NCBI RefSeq assembly: GCF_009834535.1
Contig: NC_045696.1
Location: forward strand, 75,952,001 to 76,016,000
DNA: 64,000 bases
Source of the DNA: Camelus ferus
Taxonomy: Eukaryota
Reading direction: 5' to 3'
In this document: positions 1-12,045 of the stretch, in pieces
Layout: the number at the start of each line of letters is the position of its first letter
Position numbering within the stretch: the stretch's first letter is position 1
Program-made: the position numbers and the translations under genes
The notes under the pieces: generated by a model
The model's database searches: none
What the model was told of the DNA's origin: nothing
The model's input: only the letters and a program-made list of their open reading frames with translations

Positions 1-1030
1 AATTTTTTAAAATCTTGAAAGATGAAACTTAAACAACTCAATAATGCTTAACAAATTTGTCTATATGTCTATTAGTCTGGTTACCAGCTTTTTGCATCTT
101 TTTTTTTTAATATTTACTGTGCAAATTGCAGGCAATAGGAACACCTTTTAAAAGAAACTGAAAAATTGTAAATTAGAAAATTCTCCTTTTACGTTGAACC
201 TTAATGAGATTAAGTTCATATGGTTATTACAACCTGGGGAGGGAAGGAAGAATAGATGAAGTGGGTGGTGATGGGAGGAAAAGTTCTAAACCATTTCAGT
301 GCTGTAAAGATCAATTTCATTTTAATATAATTTTTAATGGTTGTTCAAACTCCTATAATGCACCCACACAAAAGGCTTCAGTTAATGTGTGTGTATTTTG
401 AGCAGTTCCCCTCTCCGACCCTCCAGTTTAATTTCCGTCCTTCAAATGAGATGAATGGAGCGTGAAGCAGGTCATATCTCAATGCTGACACATGGGTTGC
501 AGATAGAACTCACAGCCTGGAGAAGCAGCCAGTTTGGAGATTAAATCAAAGCAGCTCTGAATAGATGGGAGGTCAGCCAGGGCCAGCTTTGACATTTGAT
601 AGGACCTTGTGATCAATCAGACCTTTCTTTCACTCTTCCAGGCTTCCTTATGACAGTGGCCCTAAAAAACAGATGGGATATGTTACAAAGTGCAGGAGAA
701 GCACTAGATTGTGAAAGGAGATAGGTGTCAATATTATCAAAGGGACAACTGTTATTTGAAGCAGCCAGAAAATCAGAAAATTGCTTTGCTGCAATTGCTA
801 TGTTAAAGTTTGCCTTTCATGATGTGAAATTTGAGCCTTGAGAATGGTGAGATAATTTTTTAACTGTTTTTTTAAATTTCTTACCTCCTATGCATTAAAC
901 TGTAAATTTTAAACTTCTGTAACCTCCTAAGATTAAATTTTAGTCAATCTTCACTCTGTGAATAAGCTGTGTTTCCAGCAAAGCCAAGCTTAGTTTTTGC
1001 TTTATTTGCTTATTTCTTTGACTTTGGAAG

Positions 1031-1050
1031 AACACACACACATACACACA
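1031..1050. repeat. short (CA)n microsatellite
   Basis: aacacacacacatacacaca seen directly. Confidence 0.8.
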
Positions 1051-2136
1051 AATAAAAGCAACACATGATAACCTTTGGAAGAAAGGCATCAAAAGGTATT
1101 AATGTGTAGCATTCATTGGGCAAGGACCCGAGCATGGTATCAGGAAATCCCAGTCACAGCGCCAAGAGGGTCATGAAAAATGAATGGCCCCAGAGCAGCA
1201 CTGTGACAGACTGTTATAGTGAGTGGTAATGGGCCATCTCTAGGATGAAAGGCCATATATTTATAACTGTGCAGGCTACCAGGTATCACACCATTCATTA
1301 TGCCTGCCTGATTTTAGGGAGATGCCTTTTACAGGGGGTGACATGGGAGCAAATTATTTCCAGAAGTATCACAGCTCTCTTCTCCCCTCTACCTACCTCT
1401 CCATTGTGCTCACCCTCATCCTGGCCTCATAAACATGCTCTCATATTCACACAGGTACACACTCTCTGAATTTCTCCTGTCACAGAGCATTTCATACTCA
1501 GAGCTAAACTCTCTAGAATGCCTCACCCCAGTGTATTTTGGAATAGGAAAGCTGGAATGTGGGAACCTGGCCTAAGGAGGGCTTAGATAAGGGGGAAGAG
1601 CACAGATTCACCCCATTATCTCTCCTCTATGAAATGTCTTGTTGGGAGCCTGTAAGCCATGGACATTTGGCCTTAGAGACAACTATTGAGCTAATTTGCA
1701 AAGTGAATTTCCAAAGTCAGATTTTCACTTGAACATAGGTTCTTCTTCACAGAGAAGGTAGCTTTTGAGTCCCATCTTGTTTCTTGGTTACGGTGGTTTG
1801 TCATTAGCTAAATGTGCAAAATTACTCAATCTCTCTGCACGTTCTGATGAGAAACTAAGTAACTGCACAACATTTCCTCTAAGTTACTTTCCAATGTTAA
1901 AACTTTATGACTGCAATTCCAACAAGATAGAAATATAATACAACTAAAAATTTGAATCAGCAGATTAGATATTTTGATAAAAATAATTAATTTCAGAGAA
2001 CTTGTTGATGTAGCTAACTCAATAGCAATATGCAAAAATCCCATTTGAAAAAAAAAGAATATTTAAATCTATCAAAAGAGTTATCATAAAGTAAGTTGTT
2101 TATAATACATGATTTAGGTCCCTTAAGGAGTTAAGT

Positions 2137-2175
2137 AAAACAAACAAACAAACAAACAAATAAATAAATAAATAA
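2137..2175. repeat. compound (AAAC)n(AAAT)n microsatellite
   Basis: aaaacaaacaaacaaacaaacaaataaataaataaataa. Confidence 0.9.
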
Positions 2176-3831
2176 TATTTCACACTAGTCTATGGATACT
2201 CAGGATTTTAACATCTTGGATTTTAACATACTCGGATTTTAACCAAATTAATTCAGCTGGCATCTTAATACAACTGCAATACATCAGTGGTTCAACTAAG
2301 GTTTCTACAACAGTGTTTCCATGGTCTGTGTTACAGGCTTTTATGAAGAGACAGTATAGTTACTCTGATAAAACTTTCCAGAGAGGGTAACAATAACACA
2401 ACCAAGAGACCTTTGGATTACAAAATGTACATGTGTTTATGTGTGTATTTAATCTATGCAAATTGTGCCCTGATTCTGGCCCCCAAGAGCTCAGATATTT
2501 GTGACAATGGAGACATTTTTTACAGAGAGCATTTTGGGGAAATAATTTTATCATTGAAATGTGAAACAAATCTTCCAGAATGTTAATTCTCCCTAGCAAG
2601 CTAATCCTTCAAGAGGTTTTTATGTCTCAGAGAATGCTGTGTGTAATCAAAAGACTCCACAAAATACATGTTAGTTTGAGTCATTCTCTATAATTCCATT
2701 TAACTATTGCCAACTCCAGAAACAGTCACAAATTCCCTGTATCTTGTGCACATCTGATAAAGAAATCAGAAAGAACTGGCAGCTGGCAGTTGAGTAGCCA
2801 AAAGAGGAAGGAAAAAAGCTTTGCTGGTGTTTCCCAATTAATTTTCTTTTCAAGTGAAAGTCTAAAAAGAAAAAATAGGGAAACTGGAAATGACCTGAAA
2901 CTCTGGTGTGATAAGATAAACTTTGGCCTGACCATTACCCTGTTATTGAATGCATAGTTTCACTATGAGAAAGTCAACCCAAAAAACATGTATTGTATTT
3001 TCCAACAATTATTTTTTTAATTATGCTAAAACTTAAAAGTGAGAGATAGAAGGGATATTGTAAATCATAAAAAAAATTAGTCTATTGGAGAATTAGAGGG
3101 GAAAGCAAATGAAAATAGATATTTAGTTAAGAACCTTAACCAAAATTCCATTTTAAAAAATTGTACTAATGCCAAATTCTTTTTTAGAAAGATCTGCTTT
3201 CTCAAATAGAACAAAGATAGTTGTTAATATCAAGGAGTCCATTGTATTTTATATTTCAATTCTTTTAAAAATAACAAACAAGTGAGTTGATGATATTTGT
3301 CAGAATGACCCTAGATGCATAAAACATATCATAAATTCTCTAGCACACAACAGTTTCCCATACATGCCAGTTCCCTTTTCCCTTAGTGAGAAACAGAGAG
3401 GTAGTAGTCTTGGTTCCAGGCATAAGCATGAAGTTTTTGTTCTGTTCAACCAAATGTCTCTGTAAACGCTGAGACTGATTGCTTAAGATCATGTGCTTTT
3501 GATCTTGAAAATCAATACAACTGTCCAGTCCAAGAATTTCCCACATTCTAGACAGCATTTAAGATCAGCTGAAGTTTTCTTAGGGACAGAAGCTATACCC
3601 TGGTGATAAAATTTATTTCATCTTGAGTAATCACCCCTCCTTTCAAAAATATTATGGGCTCAGATTTGGCAAAGGGACCTGTTTAAATTCAAAACCCACC
3701 TTAGGCAGCGTCTGCGAAGACATGGAAAAGGCTTACCCTGGTTCTATTTCACCAGCACTAGCCATGAAGAGACTCCACCCATTATAGTTTATTAGCCTGT
3801 TTATGCACAGAGGCATAGGAGATCTTTGCCT

Positions 3832-4045
3832 GGAGTGATTATGAGCTTAGACCTTGCAGACAGGCAGACCTAAGTTCACATTTCAGATCCACCTCCTGTG
3901 TGACACTGGGCAAGTCTCCCTAAAGTAGGAATGATAATGATATATACTCCAAAGAGTTGTTACGAGATTTATCTAAAATGATTATATAAAGCAATTTTCA
4001 CAGTTCCTGGTACAGATTAAGCATGCCATAAAGGTCAGCTATTCT
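3832..4045 (+). mobile_element. MIR SINE (ancient, degraded)
   Basis: cagacctaagttcacatttcagatcc...tgtgtgacactgggcaagt...gttgttacgagatt...cacagttcctggtacag...aggtcagctatt follows the MIR core and 3' layout. Confidence 0.75.
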
Positions 4046-4354
4046 TAAATATTAATCCAACCCATTTTACTCTTGAGTATTCTAATCTCGGAGAATTCCA
4101 AGGACACAAGGGAATATCATGCTCTAATGCCCTTTTTAGCTATCATTTTTTATAATTAAAGGAATTGATTAATCATAATAACATGTAAGAGAGTGGAGAG
4201 GTAGGAGACCAAATCTGAGGGTGGCATTCTTCAGATGGTGACTAAAGGATTCACTGACAACATCATCCTATTAGATTGGAATTGCCTCTTCATAAGAGAT
4301 TACACAATAGCATTTAGAACATTTTAGTATAGTTTACTCTCTAAAGTATAAATG

Positions 4355-4870
4355 GATTTTTATCCTTTTCTACATAACAAATTATCCCAACACTTAAAGG
4401 CTGAAAATTGTAAAACATTTATTATGCAACAGTTTTTATAGATCAGGAATCCAGGAGCTGATTACCTGGCTCAATCTGGCTCAGGTTCTCTTATGAAGTA
4501 CATTCAGTTTTGGCTGGGGCTGCAGTCATCTCAAGGATTGACCAGGGAGGATGCAAGCTTATTCACATGGCTGTTGGCACACCTCAGAAGGTCTACTTTT
4601 AAGCTCACTCCCATGGAACTCACCGCAGGGATGCCTCATGGTATGGCAGCTGGCTTCCCTAGGCTGAGCCATTCAAAAAAGAGTGAGAGAAGCTCCCATA
4701 TGGAAACCACAGTCTTTTATAACCTCATCTCGGAATTGACATCCTATCACTTCCGCTGTATTCTACTTGCTAGAAGTGAGTTGAAAAGCCCAGACCACAC
4801 TCAACAGGAAGAGAGTATATAAAACTGAATCCCAGAGGCAGCGGTCATTGGGAGGACACCTTAGAAATTA
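4355..4870 (-). mobile_element. ERVL-MaLR LTR, MLT1-like
   Basis: taacaaattatcccaacactta...catttattat...gatcaggaatcc...ggctggggctgcagtcatctcaagg...cttttataacctcatctcggaa...cacttccgctgtattcta, the typical antisense MLT1 LTR motif string. Confidence 0.8.
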
Positions 4871-5596
4871 CTATAGTCTATCTCTGGCCTCCAATGATTT
4901 ACATACCTCTCAAATGCAAAATATACTCACTGCCCCCCCACCCAAAATTCTCATCCCACCTCAATATCAGCTCAAAGCCCTGAATCTCATCATCTAAATA
5001 AGGTCCAGGTGTGGACCTGCGTCCTCAAGTGTAATCTCTTAGAATAATGCCTCAAATATAGTTCCTTGAGATTTGTAGATTTATGAAACAAACAAACAAA
5101 AAACCCAAATCATCTGCCTCCCTGCCCTACCCCCAATACTCATCCAACATGCAGCGGTGGGACAGGCATAGAAGAACCACTATAGACAGTCCTGTGGTGT
5201 GTGGGAGACACAGAAGAACTAACTAGTCTAGGGCAATTCTGAAATTCAGCCAGGCAAATGTTTCTAGAAGCCCTATTGCTTGATTGAGAGATTCCATGGC
5301 ACACTCTTAAACTCTTTGAAGGGCTAATCTGACTAAAGGTTCTCTGAGGCACCACCTTAGATCTTTCCAAGATCTTAATAAAAGATTCAGTGGCCACACC
5401 CTGGACTTTATCTCCTTAGTACAATGTTTTCCTGGTCTTGCCCTAGCTTTAATGTTTGCTCGGTGCAACTTTTTTTTTTTTTTTTTTTTTCCAGCATCTT
5501 GGACCATCTAAAGAGTCTGAGAGCTTTCAAACCATCATGTCCTGGCTTCTCTTTGGTTACCAGTCCTTCCCTGAGTTTCTCTCATCTCACATTTTA
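4871..5596 (-). mobile_element. MaLR internal sequence (MLT1-int-like), left part; interrupted by an L1 insertion
   Basis: caaatgcaaaatatactcac...aaattctcatccc...catcatctaaataaggtccaggtgtgga...gggacaggcatag...gcaattctgaaattcagccaggcaaatg directly follows the LTR and continues after the L1 TSD. Confidence 0.6.
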
Positions 5597-5930
5597 CTTT
5601 ATTTTTTTTAACTTTTTTTTTTCTTGAGTAATAGTCATTTTACAATGTTGTGTCAAATTCTAGTATAGAGCACAATTTTTCAGTTATACATGAACATATA
5701 TATATTCATTGTCACTTTTTTTTCTGCTATGAGCTACCACAAGATCTTGTATATATTTCCCTGTGCTATACAGTATAATCTTATTTATCTATTCTGCATT
5801 TTAAAATTCCAGTCTGTGCCTTCCCACCCCCAGCCCCCTTGGCAACCACAAGTTTGTATTCTATGTCTATGAGTCTATTTCTGTTTTGTATTTATGTTTT
5901 TTGTTTTGTTTTGTTTTGTTTTTAGATTCC

Positions 5931-6290
5931 TCATATGAGCAATCTCATATGGTATTTTTCTTGCTCCTTCTGGCTTACTTCACTTAGAATGACATTCTCC
6001 AGGAACATCAATGTTGCTGCAAATGGTGTTATGTTGTCGGTTTTTGTGGCTGAATAGTATTCCATTGTATAAATATACCACCTCTTCTTTATCCAGTCAT
6101 CTGTTGATGGACATTTAGGCTTTTTCCATGTCTTGGCTATTGTAAATAGTGCTGCTATGAACATTGGGGTGCAGGTGTCATTTAGAAGTAGGGTTCCTTC
6201 TGGATATATGCCCAGGAGCGGGATTCCTGGGTCATATGGTAAGTCTGTTCCTAGTCTTTTGAGGAATCTCCATACTGTTTTCCACAGTGG
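5931..6290 (-). pseudogene. L1 ORF2 C-terminal remnant
   Basis: ORF track 5931..6164: MFIAALFTIAKTWKKPKCPSTDDWIKKRWYIYTMEYYSA, the canonical L1 ORF2 C-terminus. Confidence 0.92.
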
Positions 6291-6433
6291 CTTTCCTTGC
6301 TTCCCTCTCCCACTCTTAATGATTTAGATGTCTTCTTTTACAATTTTGTGTTTATTCTTTTTGTAATTCATGGCAGTTATCTCCTTTCCAGTTATGAGTT
6401 TCTCATTTTTGTAGCATCCTGCTTCTTTTCTAT

Positions 6434-7320
6434 TTAGAGTAGACCTGTCAATATTTCTTTTAGCATGGGTTTAGTGTTGCTAAACTCTTTAGTTTTTGCT
6501 TGTCTGTGAAGTTCTTTATTTCTCCTTCTAGTCTAAAGGATAGCCTTACTGGATAGAGTATCCTAGACTCATCTTTTTTTCATTCAAGACTTTGAATATA
6601 TCTTGCTACATCCTTCTGGCCTGTAGTGTTTGTGTAGAGAAATCAGCTGAGAGCCTTATGGGGGTTCCCTTGTAACTCACTCTTTGTTTTTCTCTTGCTG
6701 CCTTTAGGATCATTTCTTTATCCTTGACTCTGGCCATCTTGATTATATTATGTCTTGGTGTGGGTCTGTTTGGGTTCTTCCTGTTTGGGACCCTCTGAGC
6801 CTCCTGTACTCAGATATCTGATTCCTTTAGGTTTGGGAAGTTTTCAGTCATGATTTCTTCAAATACCTTTTCAATTCCCTTTGTTCTTTCTTCCCCTTCT
6901 GGAACCCCTAGTATGCATAGATTGGCATGCTTTATATTATCCCATAGGTCCCTTATATTGTTTTCATTGTTTTTTATCTGTTTTTTCTCTCAGCTGTTCT
7001 GATTGGGTGCTTTCCATTGTCCTTTCTTCTAGGTCACTTATTCATTCCTCTGCATTATCTAGCCTGCTTTGCACAGCCTTTAGGTCAGCTCTCATCTTAG
7101 CAAATGAGTTTACTAATTCTACTTGGTTCTTTATAGCTTCTATTTCATTTTTGACATATTTTATATCTCTAAACACTATTTCTTTTAGTTCCTTCAGTAC
7201 TTTGATCACTCCTTTTTGAAATCTTGATCCTAGTAGTCCATCAATGTCTATTTCCTTGATCGTGCTTTCAGGGGATTTCTCTTGATCATCTAATTGGGAG
7301 TGGTTCCTCTACTTCTACAT
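6434..7320 (-). pseudogene. L1 ORF1p (RNA-binding/chaperone), full length but disabled
   Basis: Manual minus-strand translation gives IKMARVKDKEMILKAAREKQRVSYKGTPIRLSADFSTQTLQARR and other ORF1 motifs. ATG at 7320 is immediately followed by TAG, with further stops and frameshifts; terminal TAA at 6434-6436. Confidence 0.9.
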
Positions 7321-7329
7321 ATTGCTCAT

Positions 7330-8666
7330 ATCTCTCTGGCACTGTGGCTTAAGGAGTATCAGTTATCTAGTTCTCCTGGAGATGGTGTGCTCTTAATGAT
7401 TTTATTGAGAGGTCTTTGTGTCTTCGCCCTGTTTTGCATACTCAGTTTGCTGTTTCCAGAGGCCCTCTGTTGGCATCCTCGTCTGTGCTGCTCCGTGGCT
7501 GTTGGCTATCAGGTCGCACCCCCTCCCAACACTGGGTCAGGTGCTAAGCTCTTACCCGGTAGGTGGGCAGGTCACTCCTCCTCCTGATGCCGCAGTCAGA
7601 TGCTGCCCTTGGGGGAGGCAAGTGGGCGGATTGTGCCCCCTCCCAGCACCGAGGGCAGATGCTGTGTTCCTGCCAGGAAAGCGACCTGCCGCCATCCTCT
7701 CCCAGTGCCAGTTGCTCGGCTGCTCTGTGCAGCTGCCCACTCTGCCTCAGGTCGGCGCTCTGAAGGTGGGCTTGGGGAAGACCGTGGAATGGCCTTGGCC
7801 CTGCTCTGTGCCAAATCTCAGCTCCTTGTTTGTCTTGGCAGCACAAGTTCTCTGAGTTGCCAGGGCAGAAAGATCCTATCTGCCTCAGGCTGTAAACAAG
7901 TCTCAGTCCTGCCTAGGAAGTTGCAGAGCCCCCCGTGCAGATTCAGGGCTAGGCCCCGCCCCTGCCCCCATCCGGGTGCTGAGCACAGGAGGAGATGGCA
8001 GCTGTGGCTGTGCCCCACCTCACTTCTCACCAGAAGTGCCAGTAATGGCGGCGCAGGTCTGAGGAGACAAAGGCTATGGTGCCCTCCCCCCAGGGCACAC
8101 CAGCTGTTGCTTTGCTTTTTTCGCAATTTATGGGGGACCGAGGTTGTTCTGCTCTGTATTCCTTCCCAGCCACGGCGTGCAACACCCTGCAGTCCCCCAG
8201 GGCTGCCTCAGTGCAGCCGCCCCAGTCCTCCGCCCAGCTCAGGCAGCCTGTCCCAGCCCACAGCTGCTGGCTCACATCTCAGGCTGGGTGTTGTGCAGAC
8301 CCTTTGTGCCCATTTAACTTAGTTCTGTCAGTCAAGGGGTGCTCGAGGCATATCTGAGCCTCAGAGGCTCCCCCTCTGTCCTGCTGGCCTCTCCGTTGGA
8401 GAGGGAAGACCCAGAGAATGAGCACCAGTCCTCCTTTGCTGCTCCCTCCCCGCGGGATTGGTCCCGCACTGTTTTGCTTTTTCTTCTTTCTTTTTTCCTT
8501 TTCTCCTACCAGATTTTTGGCGTCTTTGTTTTTTGAAGAGGGCAATGTTCTATCGGAGTTTGGCAGGTGCTCTGGTTGGCTGAGTGGGTCCGTGGATGTG
8601 AGTTTTGGTGTATTTGTGGGAGAGGGTGAGCTACAAGCATCCTTCTACTCCACCATCTTACTTCTC
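7330..8666 (-). promoter_or_regulatory. L1 5'UTR internal promoter region (GC/CpG-rich) with a YY1-type motif at the 5' end
   Basis: About 1.3 kb GC-rich segment upstream of ORF1; aagatggtgg (CpG-decayed aagatggcgg YY1 core) at 8650-8659 on the minus strand. Confidence 0.75.
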
Positions 8667-8685
8667 TCTCTCTTCTCACATTTTA

Positions 8686-9050
8686 ATTCAAGCTGCAAGA
8701 AGAAACCAGGTGTTATCTAAACACTCAGCTTAGATATCTCCTTGGGTAGCTCTCTCAGTTCATTAGGCATATTTTCTATTTTCCATACTACTGCAGGCAA
8801 AAGTATTGCTAAATGTATGCTCTTTACAACAGTTCCCAATAAGATTTTCCTACCATTCCAATAAGTCTTCACTGCCAGCCTTCACAAAATTCAAAATTCT
8901 ATGAATAGTACATTTAAAGCATTTGAAGTTTTCATCAATACTCTCCTCAAAATTCTTACAGTGTTTCCAACTTCTACACACTGCCTGATTCCAAAGCCAC
9001 CCCCACATTTTAACTTCTGTTGTAGCAGGACCACTTCCAGATGCCAAACT
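8686..9050 (-). mobile_element. MaLR internal sequence, right part
   Basis: agctgcaagaagaaaccagg...cagttcccaataagattttcct...ttccaaagccac...cacatttt...ttgtagcaggaccacttccagatgccaaactc resembles an MLT-int terminus; continuous with 4871-5596 once the L1 is removed. Confidence 0.6.
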
Positions 9051-9710
9051 CTGTGTCAGCCAAGGGTTAGAGTTCATTCAGCACTTAGACAAGGAAAACT
9101 TCTAGAATAGATGGATAGATTAGATAGATTGATGATAGATAGATAGAGGAGACATATAGATAGAATTTTAAAAAATAGAATTTGACATTACACAATTCTG
9201 AGAGTTGGTTAATCAGCCTCTATAAGGCTGTTGTCTTGAGTTTGACACTAAAGCCTTAAGTCCAAGGCAAGCAGTTGGAAAGGGAAGACTGATGTAAAGT
9301 GGATCAAATAAAAGACAAGCTGAAATTCAAAAGCACGACTTGAGCCCATGACAAGAAACTGTGTTCTTATTGCCTCTGGCCCTGGTGGTGTGAGTGTCCT
9401 GAAGCAGCCAGGGCCCTTGGTCATCGATCTAAAACACACATGTGCCCAGGAGTTGGCAAAGCTAAAGGAAGATCCATTGGATGGTAGAGCAGTTGCAGGC
9501 CTGGCTACTATGCTGCTGCACACCAATGAGGTGAGCCAGCATAAAAGGAACACAGGTACTAGCTGTAACAGAGGCGCTGCTGCACTTCCACCCTCCAAAT
9601 CTCCCCCAAGAAGCTGTCTTGTGGCCCATCCTCATCAAAAACATACAGGAAAGTAAATTTTAAGGAACATGGTTCAGCTTAGTCAAGTTGAAACATTAAA
9701 AAGCCACCAC
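9051..9710 (-). mobile_element. ERVL-class LTR containing a (GATA)n tract
   Basis: Ends ggttcagcttagtcaagttgaaacattaaaaagccaccac, like ERVL LTR termini; (GATA)n at about 9107-9165. Confidence 0.6.
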
Positions 9711-9759
9711 GATAAGCTCCTTTAGTGATGTATATATGTACTTAAAAAAAAAAAAAAAC

Positions 9760-10080
9760 TTTAATTCATCTTATCTACTCAACAAATGCCAGAAACTATT
9801 CTGGGTGCTGGGAATACAAAATGAACAAAGTAGATAAAAATTCCTGTCTTCTTGGAGTTGATTCCCTGTTTCAGGAAGACTGACAATAACCAAAATATAT
9901 AATGAATAAGTAAATTATATAGTACCTGAGAAGGTGAAAAGTGCAATAAAAAAATGAGGATAAGGGGATTGGGACTTTAGACTAAGGAAGGATGCCATAG
10001 GCCTCAATAAGAAGGCAAATTTATGCAAAGACATAAGGGAGATAAGGAAATTGCATGCATTAACCATGCAGATATTCGAA
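9760..10080 (-). mobile_element. L2 LINE 3' fragment
   Basis: ttcatc...tcaacaaatgccagaaactattctgggtgctgggaatacaaaatgaacaa...cctgtcttcttggagttg. Confidence 0.75.
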
Positions 10081-10269
10081 AGTAATTTCCTTAGTACCTA
10101 GAAAATGGTATATAGTCAACAAATGAAGAGATCAAAGAGCATATAACTGAATAAATGAATGAATAAAGCTGAGCCAAATGTGCTGTGGAGAAATGAGCCA
10201 GTGTAGGAGCACTATCTCTTCACTAGCTTTTCACCCAGGTATCTTTCTAACCGATGAGTCATACGGAGG

Positions 10270-10730
10270 AAATATTTCTGTTTCTTGCACTTCAGATTTT
10301 TGCTTGCAAACATCCTGGCCAATTTAAAAATCAGATTCTTTGCAATAGTGTAAGGTAGCTGATGGAATCAAAGAAACTGATTAGCCAGGCTTTGAGAAGA
10401 AGAAATCAGGACAACTCACAAGGTCTAGGTAAGAGGATTAATGGCTCAGTGAGGACTCTCTTCAGAATACCACTGAACAAATGAATCTGTGACCATGTTC
10501 CATTTTTGTGCCATTCCACTCAAGATTCAAATTCATGGGAGATTATCTCACTGTTCAAGCTTGGGTCACATGTCCATTGACTAGTGGAATGAAAGGCAGG
10601 ACAGCTAGACTGACTGCCACCAAGATCACGTGGAACAAAGGTGGTTAGTTCTTCCAAGGAAAAGCATGTGTTATTACCAAACGAAGCAGGAAGGGCTGCT
10701 GGGGAGATAAAAGAAATAGATAACCACCAT
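10270..10730 (-). mobile_element. old MLT1-like (K/L-type) LTR fragment
   Basis: ctcaagattcaaattcatgggag...gcttgggtcacatgtcc...tgttattaccaaa...gctggggagataaaag. Confidence 0.5.
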
Positions 10731-12045
10731 CACTATCAAAACTCTTTGTAACTGGCTGATAGTCTACTATATGTAAATAACTGGTAAAGACACTCCACAG
10801 AAAGTACAGATCCCAAAGGTATCAGTGTGATTTAAAGATTTAAAGACAAAGCCAAGCATAAGATTTTTCTACTTCTGTCCCCAGCACTAGGGCTATCTTC
10901 TATATCCAGAGTCGTTCATGCTTTCCCTACTTGGCAATGTTGCATAGAAATAGTAGTGGAATGAAAAGAAGGGACAAAATGTCTTACTAAATGGGATGAT
11001 TAGAAACACCTCTCTCCTATAGACGTGGCGTTGGGTGATGAATTATCATTCTGAGGCCACACAAAAAGTCAGGAGCGTTGCAAGCAGGATAAACATTCTG
11101 ACTTTGGGGCTGTCTTGACTGTAGATAAGATTATTTGTTTCTTCTCAGTCACTTATGTCAATGACGTCTTGTTCTATTGCTAATATTTCACTGACTGTAT
11201 ATTTTAAAAATATTAATTCAGAACATGAATCTTTCCTTTCTTCTGTGAAATGTCTTTGGCTATGTGATATTTTCACACAAAGGAGTTATTTTTGGCACTC
11301 AAAAAATTGCTTTTCTTCCTGCTGGCAAGAAGAATTCACTCACTACCTACTAGTGCAAAACTTATTTTGCTTAAGAAAAGGAAAAAAGGAGCCACCTCCA
11401 AATGATGCAGAAAAAAAAAAAGATACTACATTTTTAAAAGGACAAAATGAGTCCTCCTCTTTGAACATTTTCCAGAACAACACACTGTTGCCTGTCCATT
11501 GTTCCAAGGGTAATAGTTACATAAATGGCTCTTTAACAGCTACTATTTCATAGCATCACTGTCTTTCCCACAAAAGAAGTAGGCAACGGAATAATGACTC
11601 ATTTTTTAACCACACCCTTATTTATATCCAGAGCTCATCAAAGGAGAGATTACTGCATTCTTTTAAAGTTTTTCTTTCCTTGTTTCCCTCTTATTTTTCC
11701 TTTCTTCATCTTTATTATGTTCTGCTTCAATGTGTGCATGGGACCCCTATTTTTACACTGGCAATGTAAGAAGAAATTAGGCCAAGAGTCAAAAGACTAG
11801 AATTCCTTTTGGCCTAGTAATATACTAGGTACTCTGAGGCCAATATTTTCTTTAAAGAGAGGAAAAAAAGTGAAGACTTTGTAAATAAGATTTGTGCAAT
11901 TTGATGCTCAAATGGATATTACAGGGATGGTTAAAAGGTAATTTTTAACCTCTTCATTTAAATTCTTGGTTGCATGGATAATTTAGATCATATTACTCTT
12001 TGCTAGGAAACTATTAAGTATCTGATAAAAAAATAACCTTGATTA

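Larger units (their letters stand above)
5597..8666 (-). mobile_element. LINE-1 with both ends intact but internally deleted: 5'UTR + ORF1 + ORF2 C-terminus + 3'UTR + poly(A); EN and RT absent
   Basis: 19-bp TSD, 18/19 identical: tctctcatctcacatttta (5578-5596) and tctctcttctcacatttta (8667-8685). T-rich tail at 5597-5625; 5' start aagatggtggagtagaagga on the minus strand; ORF1 and ORF2 C-terminal similarity; junction at about 6290. Confidence 0.93.

Noticed and set aside
2190..2245. Three copies of ggattttaac with short spacers, superficially CRISPR-like
   Set aside because: Period of about 15-16 bp with near-identical spacers in mammalian DNA: a simple tandem duplication, with no cas genes.
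7294..8720. Dense cluster of overlapping ORFs on both strands resembling a gene or CpG-island promoter
   Set aside because: Entirely within the GC-rich L1 5'UTR, where stop codons are scarce; no recognisable domains.
11155..11553. 132-aa ORF
   Set aside because: No protein-family resemblance, runs through A-tracts, and has no exon-like boundaries.
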